Below, one piece after another: positions 36,175-48,200 of a stretch of DNA of 64,000 bases. The position numbers and the translations under genes are program-made. The first letter of the stretch is position 1. Each line of letters begins with the position of its first letter. The notes under the pieces were generated by a model. It was not told the DNA's origin and did no database searches. It saw only the letters and a program-made list of their open reading frames with translations. This DNA comes from Sphagnum compactum (lineage: Eukaryota): contig OZ234493.1 of the NCBI GenBank assembly GCA_965153455.1, positions 34,586,213 through 34,650,212 on the forward strand, given 5' to 3'.

Positions 36175-39100
36175 TGCTAGCTAATACTCATCATGTGAAG
36201 AAAAATCGAATGGCCTTTTGAAAAATGTAAATGCACACTTAGTAACGTAAGATGACCTCTAGTGTTAGGAAGAAAGATTATGATTTAAGGAGATTATGAT
36301 TTAAGGTGCCCTCCAACTACACTTAAATGTCTACGATAGATCATTATAAACTAAGGAATGGTCATGCTCCTACCCATGATGTTGGGTAAGTCATTAGCAA
36401 GCATGTTCAGGTGAACTAAGCAATGCACCCAATGTAATGGGCAAAGGAGAGGCCCTTTCATAACAGTTTAGGCCAATTGATTCAGCAATTAAAAAAATAA
36501 AAAAAATCAACAAACACATTTTTGTCGTTATTAAGTGTGTATCATCATCATTGAAAGATTGCCTTACCCTAAGGTCAATTTCGTCATTAAATAATCTTCA
36601 AAATATGCTGGGGTTTCACCCAACTAACCTAAGACTTACTCCAAATGTAACCTTAGGATCAGGGCTTCACTGAAATGAAATAATTGACTTTAAGGCGGGA
36701 GATGAAGGTGTCTCGAATTCCAATAAAGTCCTGATAAAAAAAAAATCCAAATAAAGGGATGAAATAGCAGGAGGTCCCATAGGTTCTCAGGTCCCATGAG
36801 TGAGGATGAAAAAATGAGAGGCGGTGGTGAAGATGATAAAAAATGAGAGGTCCAAATGAATTTCGAAATCTCTCTCTCACCCACCCAGTGAGAGAAAATT
36901 ACTAGCTCTATTGTCCTTCTTAATTAGAGTACTTTTCCTGGTGGCAGTGCTTCTATGCTTTTATCAAAGGTCTTCCGGGGTTCATTTGAGAGGACAGGAG
37001 GCGCGATACGCGCAAGGTTCCTCACTTATCAGCTCGTGCCCTGAGGAGCACACTGCCGCCAGCCTCTGCCGCCATATTCCTCTGGTAAGGCAGAACTGCT
37101 ACTGTGGGTAAGGAGCCCTCCACACACATACCCAAGAAATTTTCCACCGGTTCTTGAGGCCGTCCTAAGGGCTGCTGCAGTTGCCACGCCGCCAAGATGC
37201 TCCTCTAACGTGCCGGCTGTGATCCCGCAAGAGTACTTTCAAAGTGGGCGGCAGCCTCCTTTATTTCAGTTGGTGTCCCTTTTCTGTTTCAGCAGTTTGC
37301 TTTCCTTCATTCTCTCCTTGTGGATATTTACTGAAACCGCCAAGTGCGGTGGGGGGTTCCTGGTGTTCTGCCATTAATCCTTCATTTTCAGTTCAAGTTC
37401 CATATTTAAAGGAAAAGTTATGATAAATGGGTGACTCACTAGCACACGCTAATAGTAAACTCGGTTATAGAAAACTACAAAAAATGTTTGTTTGCAAACA
37501 TTATAAATATTCTTAACTCATGGTCTCCAGATCCAATTTATCATTTTTTTCTAGGTTGAATATAGCCACAATGAGCCCTCTCTTAAGAAGGTGAAGTTTG
37601 CAGGTTAAATATAGAAGGTTACTAGGTTGCTCTTTCCCATACACTATTTACCTTATCGGCAGCCCCATGTTGCCCCATACGTAGTACAGCATATGCAGGT
37701 TTTCTTTCTTGAGTTGTTTCATCAGGCGGCTAATTTTCCACTAGTGAAATTTCCAGTGCAATATGGGGAGTTGTAGACCCAAGTTTGACAATTACCTGCA
37801 TTGTTTTTATTGACTGCAACTAAGCAACTTGTTCCATTGGGGCTGGAATCCTTCCCACTGATGAACGTTTAGTGCATGGGCTCTACCAAGTTTGAGTTCT
37901 AGTGCATGGGTTCTACCAAGTTTGACGTCACCTGCATTTTGACTGTAGAGTTAAGGGATTGAAAATTATGGGTATGCAGTTCTACATTTATTTGCCACAA
38001 GTCAATTTTCAAACTACTCGCTGGTGTGCAGTGTGCACGCTTAAGAATCTTGCAAATTCACTGCAGGATCTGAAGGATCAATTAGAATAAAGTTGTAAAA
38101 TAAACAAGGTGGGCCATGCTGTGAAATGTGCTTTTCTAAATTTACACATCATTTGCAACAATATATAACACAAAAAGTTGCAACTAAACCACATATTGCA
38201 CAAGGAAATAAAATGAGATACCTAATTAAGTATAATTAATTTTCTTAATAAACAAAGCATCAAATCGTTTGTCTCCTTTTACTTACTCCTAGATCCTTAA
38301 GTTCTAGCTTTTTAAAGAAGTATTAGATTACAAGTGCTTTTGATAGGTGTGTTTGCAGATCAGGTACTTCTCACCGTAAGGTCCAAGTTACCTCGAGTTT
38401 TATAAGGTGTTGTGGACTCAAGTGAATGAGAACTTTTCAAATGAAGGCCCCATCATAGAAATGTTTTCTTTTCTCACCACAACTATTTGGTACTCTGAAG
38501 CTTTGACACCCGCCATCTGGTTTTGTTGTTTCGTGGAATGTGCTATTTAGCAGGGAAGGAATACGCTGGAACAGCAACTTTCCTGTAAAACACACTGAAA
38601 ACTAAAGGCCCAAAAGTCTCCAAGACTAAAAGCTGGCACTTTGTTCATTGAAATAAAAGATGTGTGTGAAGAATATTTGGTCCCATTGCTGCTGCAAGTT
38701 TTGTTGACAGGAGGACACCCATGGTTTCAGTCAAAGTAGATGCTGTCGGTATATTTCGGTCTTACAAGCTTGCTGATCAAGAGACTTCCAGCATGGTTAG
38801 ATTCACTTATTCTTCGTCTTTGTCTGGACTCTGCAAGTGAAAACAGATTTCCTTACGTTACATGGAGCCTCCAACGACCCCAGCCTGGGGTTGTTGTGTG
38901 CCTGCTCTTTGTGCCCTGGGCCCCCCATCGGTGTTGATTTTTTCAATTTGCTGATGGGGTCAGAGTGGCGAGCATCCCTAGGCAGATTCAGACAGATTTC
39001 GTCAAGTTGGCGACATTATTTCAAGGAGCTTTTAAAACTGCAGCCAGGAGACATAAATGTGGCGACACCATCCCACCCAAAAAAAAAAGTTGCTGTCGCT

Positions 39101-40351
39101 TTTAGGCGACCTTAAATAAAAAACCCCCTTATTATTGGTAGCCAGGGTTTTTTAAAAGTAGAAATCCGGCGATAATTCGCTAGGAAAAAAACACTTGCCC
39201 CCATGGGTGTTGGCCCTTGGTTCTGGTCCAGAGGTTGTTCCCCTCCTCCTCCCCCCCAACCCCACCCCAGCCCCCCAAAAAAAGGCAAGATATATATTTC
39301 ACTTTCATAACATGAATTTATGTACAGAATCGTGATTCATTCGAGGTCCCCTACATTTCCTACCTTCTAGGTACCCTAAAATAGTTTTGCTAAAGGAAGA
39401 ATGGTGCAACCAAATGTTGTCCAGTGGATTAGAAAGTCGGCCACAGTCAACCAGAACTCACCAGGGCACCATCCACTGGATGCCCGCTATTACTCAGCTG
39501 TGGATGAACTTCAACGGAGTTAAGAGATGGTTTCACCTTGGTAACCAATTCTGTAAGAAAAATAGGTATCCTACATAGGTCGATGGGTAGGAAAATAGGT
39601 AACTACTAAGTAAGTAGATGATTTATACATAGGTAATGGCTGTTTTGACTACCTACCTACTAACAACCTGCTTGTGAGTTGTTAGTAGGTAGGTAGGAAA
39701 AAAAAGCAACTGAGCTAACCACCATGTTTAGCTAGTGAACTGGAACCTAACAGAAAACTGTTTCCTGACCACTTACTATTCATCCTTCATGGTTCACTGG
39801 TGGGTGCTGGTTCACGGTGGCCCACTTTTACCCTTAAATGCTGTACCTCTCACCTTGTTAAGGTCAAGTTATAATACAATTGGTCAGATTATGAAAGAAA
39901 TTTAAATGTCGTCACTCATGCATCAGGCAGGAATATCAGTCAATTGCATGTGAATTAGCCATAATATGCGTGGCCCACCTGTCCCTTCCAAAGATAATCA
40001 TAACCTCTCTTAATATAGACGCCCACATCATCGGGTCCCAGTTTCTATTAGACCGAAACCCCCCTTCCTTCACCCCCTTTGAGGAAATTACCATTTGTGA
40101 GTATGAACGACCTGAATAGGCATTTAATAGTGATACCCAACATATGTGTGTGTGTGGTGAAAGCCACCCTCTACATTGTGAGTTGATCATTTTGTTGAGG
40201 CATATATCCATAACCATATGGATTTCAGAAACATGTAGGTAACAATGTTTGTGTTTGTGGCAAAATTTCACATATATGCAAGTTGTGTTTACGGCGAGCA
40301 ACCTAATCAATTATGAGATAATTTAGGGTTTCACCTAAAATGCCTATCATC

Positions 40352-40539
40352 TATTTTCTAATTATCACCTTTCCTATTGATGATTAGGATGAGTTGCCAC
40401 TAATGTGCAATGATGGAGATCTTCAAATTGCGATAACACTACATTTTTTCTAATCACCACATTTCCTATTAACAACTAGAATGAGTTGTCACCCATGTGC
40501 GATGGTGGAGATCTTCAAGTTGTGACAACACTACATTTT
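40352..40539 (+). repeat. Direct duplication, ~93 bp unit
   Basis: TTTCCTATT..ATGAGTTG.CAC..ATGTGC.ATG.TGGAGATCTTCAA.TTG.GA.AACACTACATTTT occurs twice. Confidence 0.85.
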
Positions 40540-40969
40540 AAAAGGAGAGGTTGTTAATGATGATGATTTCCATCATAGCCTACATTCCCATCTTCTTCAG
40601 TAGGCATCACAAGCATTGTTTAACAAGGTAATGAAAAGATTGTGTTTCAGGTATATTCATTGCTTTGAAGAATAATGAGAGATCATCACAAAGCTTACAA
40701 CATGCTCCAAAATTTCATAATAATCCAATAGGGATAGTATGTGTGTTTAACGGGTGTTGGGATTTGTGGTTGGCTATTTGATTTGTACGAACTTGCATTG
40801 GTGTTTTCAATTCTGCAAAATGAGAGTGAGCTTCTAAATTGTGTTATTCTTAACAGCAATGGTGAAGACCTAGAAAATAATTTGACCCTTGACAAATTCA
40901 ATTTTGGCCCTTGGAGTGATTGTGGGACACAACAATGATGTTGAGATAAATAATGGATTTTGCCCAACT

Positions 40970-41350
40970 ATAATGGATCAACAAGCTTCACTTTTTGTTT
41001 TGACTATGAAGAATAATTGCTATATTTCTTGCATGCTCTCACCTTTTGACCAAAATCTCATTTCTCATTTGCGCAAAGGTTAAAATCTAATGACATATTG
41101 AAGGATTGAAATTCAAACTAATTGAAGTTAGTTGAGATTTCTATAGTGATTACCCTGGGGTTTGTAGAGGATGAACAAGCCTTTTCAACCTTGCATTACA
41201 TCAAGACCAAGATGAGAATTAGTTCAACAACTCATTTGGATTTGGTCATCAAGATTTATTTATAAGTTTTCTGCTTTGGTCACATTTTGATTTTATGTTG
41301 CAATTTGAAATTGGCATACCAATAAATGTTGATATGGTGTGGATTTGTAG
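40970..41350 (+). pseudogene. hAT transposase C-terminal (dimerisation domain) remnant
   Basis: The frameshifted translation DQQASLFVLTMKNN..LKLVEISIVITLGFVEDEQAFSTLHYIKTKMR..TTHLDLVIK fits the hAT S..ER.FS...K...R motif and is homologous to 53450-53800. Confidence 0.7.
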
Positions 41351-44300
41351 AGAATTATAATTACAACAAATTATAGGTGTGTTCTTCTACTAGTCTACAT
41401 GTTTCTCTTTAACATTGATTTTGAAGCCATCAACCTGTAGGCTTGATATGTGACTGTGCATGATGCTTGTTGTTTCTATTCAAGTTTGTTTTTCATTTTG
41501 TTCTTGGATTTGATTTTTTATGTAATGATTGATTGTTTATGTCTTCCATTAACCTTGTCTAGAGTAAGTTGTTGGCTTTAATGTGTGTTAATGTTTAGGT
41601 CAGCCTTCAACTATAGTTAGGCAAAATCCATTATTGGATTGGAGTTCATACCGCCTTGAAGGCATGCAGTTTTATGCTTACGGGACATGTTGTAGTGCTT
41701 GGTTTCTTCCTCCATCCTCTCTTAGAATATTGTAATTATGTTGCCATATTTTCAACTGTAATCATTCTTTTGTAGCCACATTTCAACTCTAATCACAATT
41801 ATGAAGGCATAATTTTGACAATGATCACATTTGTGTAATCACAATTTCAACCCAATTGCATTTGTATAGCTTGGATTACATCTCAAGTAACCACCTAATT
41901 GCATCCTAATCTCTTTTGCAGCCCTTATACTAGCCACCATGCACTTACATGCTCTCCCATTGAAAACCCAAAAACTTATGTGCAAAATTTAACATGTAAT
42001 GAACCACCCCTAGCCATGTGGCTGATGCCAATTGACAAGACCCAATATAGGGTGGAGGGACCAATTAAAAAAGATTTGGCTCAGTAATCCCTTTCTACGA
42101 ATGAATTGGTTATCATTTTGTGTTTTAGTGTTGACACTTAATTATATTAAGTAACATGAACATGCCCTAGTCATGAACTGGACCCAGGACTGTTTGCATG
42201 ACCACTGACAAAATGAAACCCTAACCAGAAAATCCCCATGTGGGTTAAAGAAACAAAACATGCCATCATGGATGGGGCTATTTGCTTGATATTGAAAATA
42301 GTTAAAGATGTAAATTTCAATACAAAAAATTCACATGTCATTTAAAAAATAATTGTTTCCTCTATTTGCCTTCAAAAGCAATGACAAATATTTAAAGCTT
42401 AACATCAGCTCTCTTTTTCTGGGAATTCTTTTGCAACAAGGTGATTTTTTTGGGAGAACATTTTGGACAAATTTTCTTTTTTCAGTTCCATTTAATCTAG
42501 ATTTTCTGGAAAAACAAAAAACATCACCAATTTTTGACCTCACAAAATCGAGAAAATAATCCGTGCTTGGTCAAATAACTTAGATTTTCAAAAAATTGAA
42601 AGAAATCAACTAAAAAATCATTTGCTCTACTGTCATGATGGTAGCATGCATTATATTTTCCAATTTAATTGGAAACAAACAATGGAACGAATTAGCTGTG
42701 TGAGAAATTAAACCTCAAAGAATACATCACACAGACAATTTGGCATTCAGATCCACCTCATTTTTGGCACATGATTGCCAAAAAGAACTCAAAACGATGT
42801 CTCAAGTGTTTGTTTGAGCATTTGTCAATGTTGGATTTCTAAACACGTTTTAGCCCTTAGGTCTCCATCCGGATTAGGACCCATATCCGGTTCTCAGATA
42901 CTTGAACCACCGGTTCTACACATGGAAAAAGTCCAGGCCTGTAACCAACCTCCTATTGGAACCAAAACTAAGATTGATCCTTGGGAACCTAAATTGGAAC
43001 CAGAACCCTTTTTTACTGCACATCCAATCTCAAAATCCTTTGAGCTGTATTGGCACCCCCAAAAACCAAGCTCATCTCACCCAAAAGATTGTGGAGATTG
43101 AATTTTGAACCTCAGAACCTTTTTTCAGGTCCCAGGGTACCAGAATCCATCACCCTCTTGTATAAGCATAAGTACCATCATTTAAAAATCTCTATGGGTT
43201 AAAGAAATCCTCATGTTGGTTGTGAAGGGAAGTCATGCGGTGGCATTGTGAGATTGATCATCAACCCTATTTGAGCCCCCTAACTTCTAAATTGTTTCTG
43301 CATGTGTTTAGGGTGCCACTGAAACCGACTTCCCTTCACATATGCTCAATGTCACCACATACAAGTGATTGGCCATCTACAGCTAAATACTCACTTCCTG
43401 ATTCTGATTCTGAACTGTCAATACTCTTCTGTGAGGCTGTCATTAGCAATGCTCGGATAGAACTATTTCAGATGCGATATCTAGTAATAGTATCTAGTAG
43501 AAGCCTTCACATTTGACTCAGGTTTGAGTTGGCCCAAAATCCATCTCGCTCATTCAACATGAAGCAAATAAGAAATTCTTATTGCAAAGGAAAAAGAATA
43601 CAACCCCAGACCATCACCAAGGGCCATTATCCAAGGAGGCCTGGAGGGGCATAATAGTGTCAGCTACCAGTCCCATTGACTGTGAAAACTCCAATAACTT
43701 TCCTATCCCTTCTCCAACAGATAACGTGTCTGGCTCCCCAGATCTTGTCAAAGTCACACAAAATGGCCGCCTTTTCTATCCGGAGCATTGCCAATTCTGA
43801 TCAAAACTTTTTCTCCAAGCCAATCCGGCGTCATCAAGGAGATGACTCCAACTAATAGACTCAACCTGAATTTTTGTAGTCGCCGTACCAGACCTCTGAT
43901 CATCACTAACGAACCAAAATTGGCCAAGAATTCCCTATTTTCATGTTTGCATTTGTATCTGGATCCTACAAAAAATGCACTCATTGTTTGACTCAACCCA
44001 ACTGCTTTGAAATATAACTGCAAGTTTGTCCTCAACATGCAGCCCGCCCTTACATGGATGTGGTTGAACTAACAGGAGTGGAAGTCCCAGTATGAATTTT
44101 GAAACCGTTGACAAGTTGAAACACCTACCAAGGTTTTGTCTTATAAATTTTTTAAATGTACACAAGTGACAACAGTTTTGTCCTCCTGTATCCCTAAGTT
44201 GCTCCTACTGTGTTTTTGGCATAAGAATAGGTGGCTCCTAGATCACTTGGTGACTTAATTTTTGGCATCCATGATTTTTTCAAAATAAGTACAAGTGATG

Positions 44301-45294
44301 ATCCATTTTTTAAGAAATTAAGTCCAACTAACAACAACAAAAAAAACCAATTCAACAAATGTGGCTACATTACTCATAACAAAGTAATAATTTAGCTACA
44401 CCAATACACATTAAGTAATATTGAAATTTCATGTCAAGTGAACACTAATATTTTAAGGGGGACTTGAACCTTTGTCTACTATCAAACTTTGCCCTTTATA
44501 ACTCAAAGTCCCACCCATCACACCCAAATGTTAGTAAAACTCATAATGAAATAAACATAACTATCATGCTTGTCTAAATTGTGGAAACAAAAAGATTATG
44601 AAGTGCAAACATCCATTTAATAGAATCTCTTAAATGGTACCACTAATTCTTATTTGTTGCCCTTTTCAACTTGTAATTTGGCTTCTTGATAACCTAAGAA
44701 GTTGTTTTGAATGAAAAACTTTTATGCAAACATGCAAACAATTGTGTTCAAGTGTTACTCCAACTAATTGTGAAGTTGTCTTTCATTTTCCGAATTCTGA
44801 CCTCACCTAGGGTAGAACAGCCCATGAGCAATCACTTATGGGTTATGTGACCTGGGGTTTAGTAACCGTGCATTTTTTCACAATGGTCTTTGAAGAACTT
44901 AGGTGAAGCACTAGTGACCATTTACATAACTCAATTCGGATTAGAAATGAGATAGTTTTGACACCTCAAAGTGGGTGTGGTCTCATTGTTTGAAAATAAT
45001 TGGACAAAACACATGATGCTCCTATCTCTATGCAATTTACAACCTATGACCAAACACATTAAACTCTATGTAAGGATACTATTCATCTAATGAACACAAA
45101 ATTAATAACTTAAATAGGTTAGAACAATTTCTTATCGATGTTCAATCTGAAATTTATTACAAAAAGGCAAAAAAATTCTAAACTTTGCAAGCCCAACTAC
45201 ACAATGATGGGTGTGTTTAGGGTTGTTAGATAAAAGGTCTTTTGAACAACAAACTTAAAACCCTAAAATAGTGCCACATGAGGCAATCCTATGA

Positions 45295-48200
45295 CACCTT
45301 ACATCTCCCCCAAATCTTAGGGTGAACCCCGGGGAGGGGAGGGAGGCAACAGCCCCTTCAATCATTAGTGAAATTCAAATAATACAAAGGGGGAAGGAAA
45401 TGCCACCCGATGGTGGCATTGTCCTTCCCGAGAATGTTCATATGCAGCCATTCCTTTCTAAAGGCTAACTCAATGCTAGACTGGATGTCGGGGTCCTTGG
45501 TGGGGCGGTGAGATCTAATGGCCTTCCAAGTGGCCATACCGACCTCGACCGTCGCCACCCAGGCCTAAGTGAGGACCTTTTTGAGGGAGTACTGGTCCCC
45601 AAAGTGTCTTCGGCACCTTTCGGACCAGAGGTGATATAGAATGAAACTACGAAGGATGTCTAGAGGTTGTCTGGGATAGGTGAAGCCGCCCGTGTGGTAC
45701 GCGAGGAGCCTAGGGGGGTCTTCCTCTCTCTCCAGGACCGCTTCACCGAGGAGCATGAACGGCCAGGAGGGGGTGAAGCCGTCGGGCGCTCTCCATTCGT
45801 CCCAGATTCTCTTGTAAGCTTCCCACGCTCGTTGGGCCATGGGGCACTCGAATAAGCAGTGTTGTGGAGATTCCTCGGCACCCGAGTCACATACTTTGCA
45901 TTGTGGGGGGATCCCCATGAGTTGGAGCCAGGTGCCCACCGGGAGTCCCTGGTTGAGGGTTAGCCAAGTGAGCGTGCCCACCTTCCTTGGGCGGGCGTTG
46001 TGCCAGATCCTCGCAATCACTTGGGAGGTCGTGGAGTTCTGAAGGTTGAGACCTTGTATGAAGGCGAACATGTTTGAAGTGTGCACCCTTTTTCGGGCGT
46101 TGTTGTAGCCCCTCTTGGCGGTGTATCCAAAGAAAGGGGCGTCCCCGAGGTGTGGAGAGGTTTGCCAGTGCCACTCTCCTGGGTCCCATGGGAGGTCCTT
46201 TATGAACCCAGTTTCGAAGACTCAATGGGTGGGGGGCTTCTTGCTTGTGGCTTGCAAGTCTTTGGCAACTTTGAGGGCCGCCCCGGGTCTTTCTTGAGAG
46301 AGGACTTTAACCGGGCTGAAGTTCACCGTGGAGATGGTGATCACCTGGTGGGTCGCGGCTTGGATGCGCCTGTTGGGCGCTAACTTCTTGAATTCTATCG
46401 CGCTGGTTTGGCCTGGGGCGGATTCGAGTACAAAGTAAACCTAGTCAAGTGGGGTGCCCGAGTTAGGAGTCGGATTGCTGATCCAGTCTCCCGCTTGGGG
46501 GTGGCTAATGCACTCGTCTGGGCGCCATGGGATGCTTGCCGTGATGACATCCTTGCATTGTTTGTTTGACGCGTGGTAGCTCATCCCTAGTTCGGAGAGG
46601 CTTTTCCATTCTTTGTCTACGGGGTTCCATAAGTCCTTGATCCGTGAGCATCTGGAGCGCGCGAATGCGCTTCCTTCTCTTAGGCCGCCTACTCCGAGCG
46701 GGGTGCTGTTTGAGTTGAGGATCGACGAGTTGCCGAATAAGGCTTGCCTAAGGGTTTCATCCGCGTTGGTTGGATTTGCTTTTGTCAAACCCGGCCTCAC
46801 GTTTAACCAGCTCCGACTATGCTTTTCCACATTGAACAACGCATCCTCTTGAGCTTGGGTGCGGCAAAAAGCCATTTGATGTCGAGGGTGTTGGGGCCTT
46901 TTCCGTGGACGGGGAGTCTGATCTGATCGGCCTTGTGCCTGACCAGCTCCTTCCATGGCTCCCCGCCCGGGGCAAGCCCTCTGACCAACAACTTGGCCAG
47001 CAAAGCCTCGGATTGAGTCTTCGGGTCTATGATGCCCAAGCCCCCTTGGGCGGTCGGGAGCACCAACGTGTCCCATTTGACCTTGGTGTGCGCGGGCACG
47101 TCCTTGCCACTCCAAATGAAATTCCTGACTACCCCCCTGACCTGGGCGCACATCCGCGGGTTAGGGTTCCAACACGCGGCTAGATACCACAATGAGGCAA
47201 GTAGGACCTGGTTTGCGACCAGGATCCTTCCAGCCAAGGAGAGGCAATTGTGGCTCCAATTGATGAGCTTGCTTTTGAGGGCGATCATCATTTTATTGAA
47301 GTTTGCTTCGGCGGGTAGGTGAAATCCTACCTGGATACCCAGGTATCGGGTACCCTCTCGTTCCGGTACCCATCTAAGACCGACCTCCTCGCCCCAACTC
47401 CAAGTCCTTTCTTTCTTGCTGGCCCAGATGGCGGCCGATTTGTGCCAATTGATTTTGGCTTCGGAGGCTTGGCAAAAGAGCTTGAGGACGCTTTGAGCCT
47501 TGTCCATATTGAGAGGGGATCCTCTAAGGTATAAGGCGGTATCATCCGCGAATGTTTGGTCTCTGATGAGGCCTCCCCTGGGCAGGGATAAGCCCTCCAC
47601 TTCGTACTTGGGGTCGGCCATCATGTATCCAAGAACGTCGGTGGCTAGTATGAATAAGTAGGGCGCTAGGGGGCAACCCTGTCTCACGGAGTGAGCCAAT
47701 TGGAAGTCTGGTCCAATGGCGCCATTTATTTTGATGGCTGATGAGGCCGCTTGGTAGAGCGATCTGACCCAGCGCACCCAGGTGTCATTGAAGCCGAGTT
47801 TGTCCAACACCTTGAAGAGGAATCCCCATTCGATTCGGTCGAAGGCTTTCTTGAAGTCAAATAGGAATAGGACCAGATCTTGATCGCTTTCTTCGGCCCA
47901 TTCCAAGGCTTCTTGGGCTATGAATGCGTTGTCGAGAATGGACCTACCTTCCACGAAGCCCGTCTGATTGGGTCTGATTATGTGTGGGAAGGCTGCTTGA
48001 ACTCTTCCCGCGAGTGTTTTCGCTAGGATTTTGTAGGAACTACCGAGGAGGGTTATCGGTCTCTAGTTGTTGAGTCTTGCGTGGTCTCCCGACTTGGGGA
48101 TGAGCGTGATGAGACCTTTGTTGATGTAGGCCGAGGTTTCTCCCGCGTTGAGCATAGCCGTGAAGGCTCTGAGAAGATCCGGCACAGCTTCTTGTGCGCA

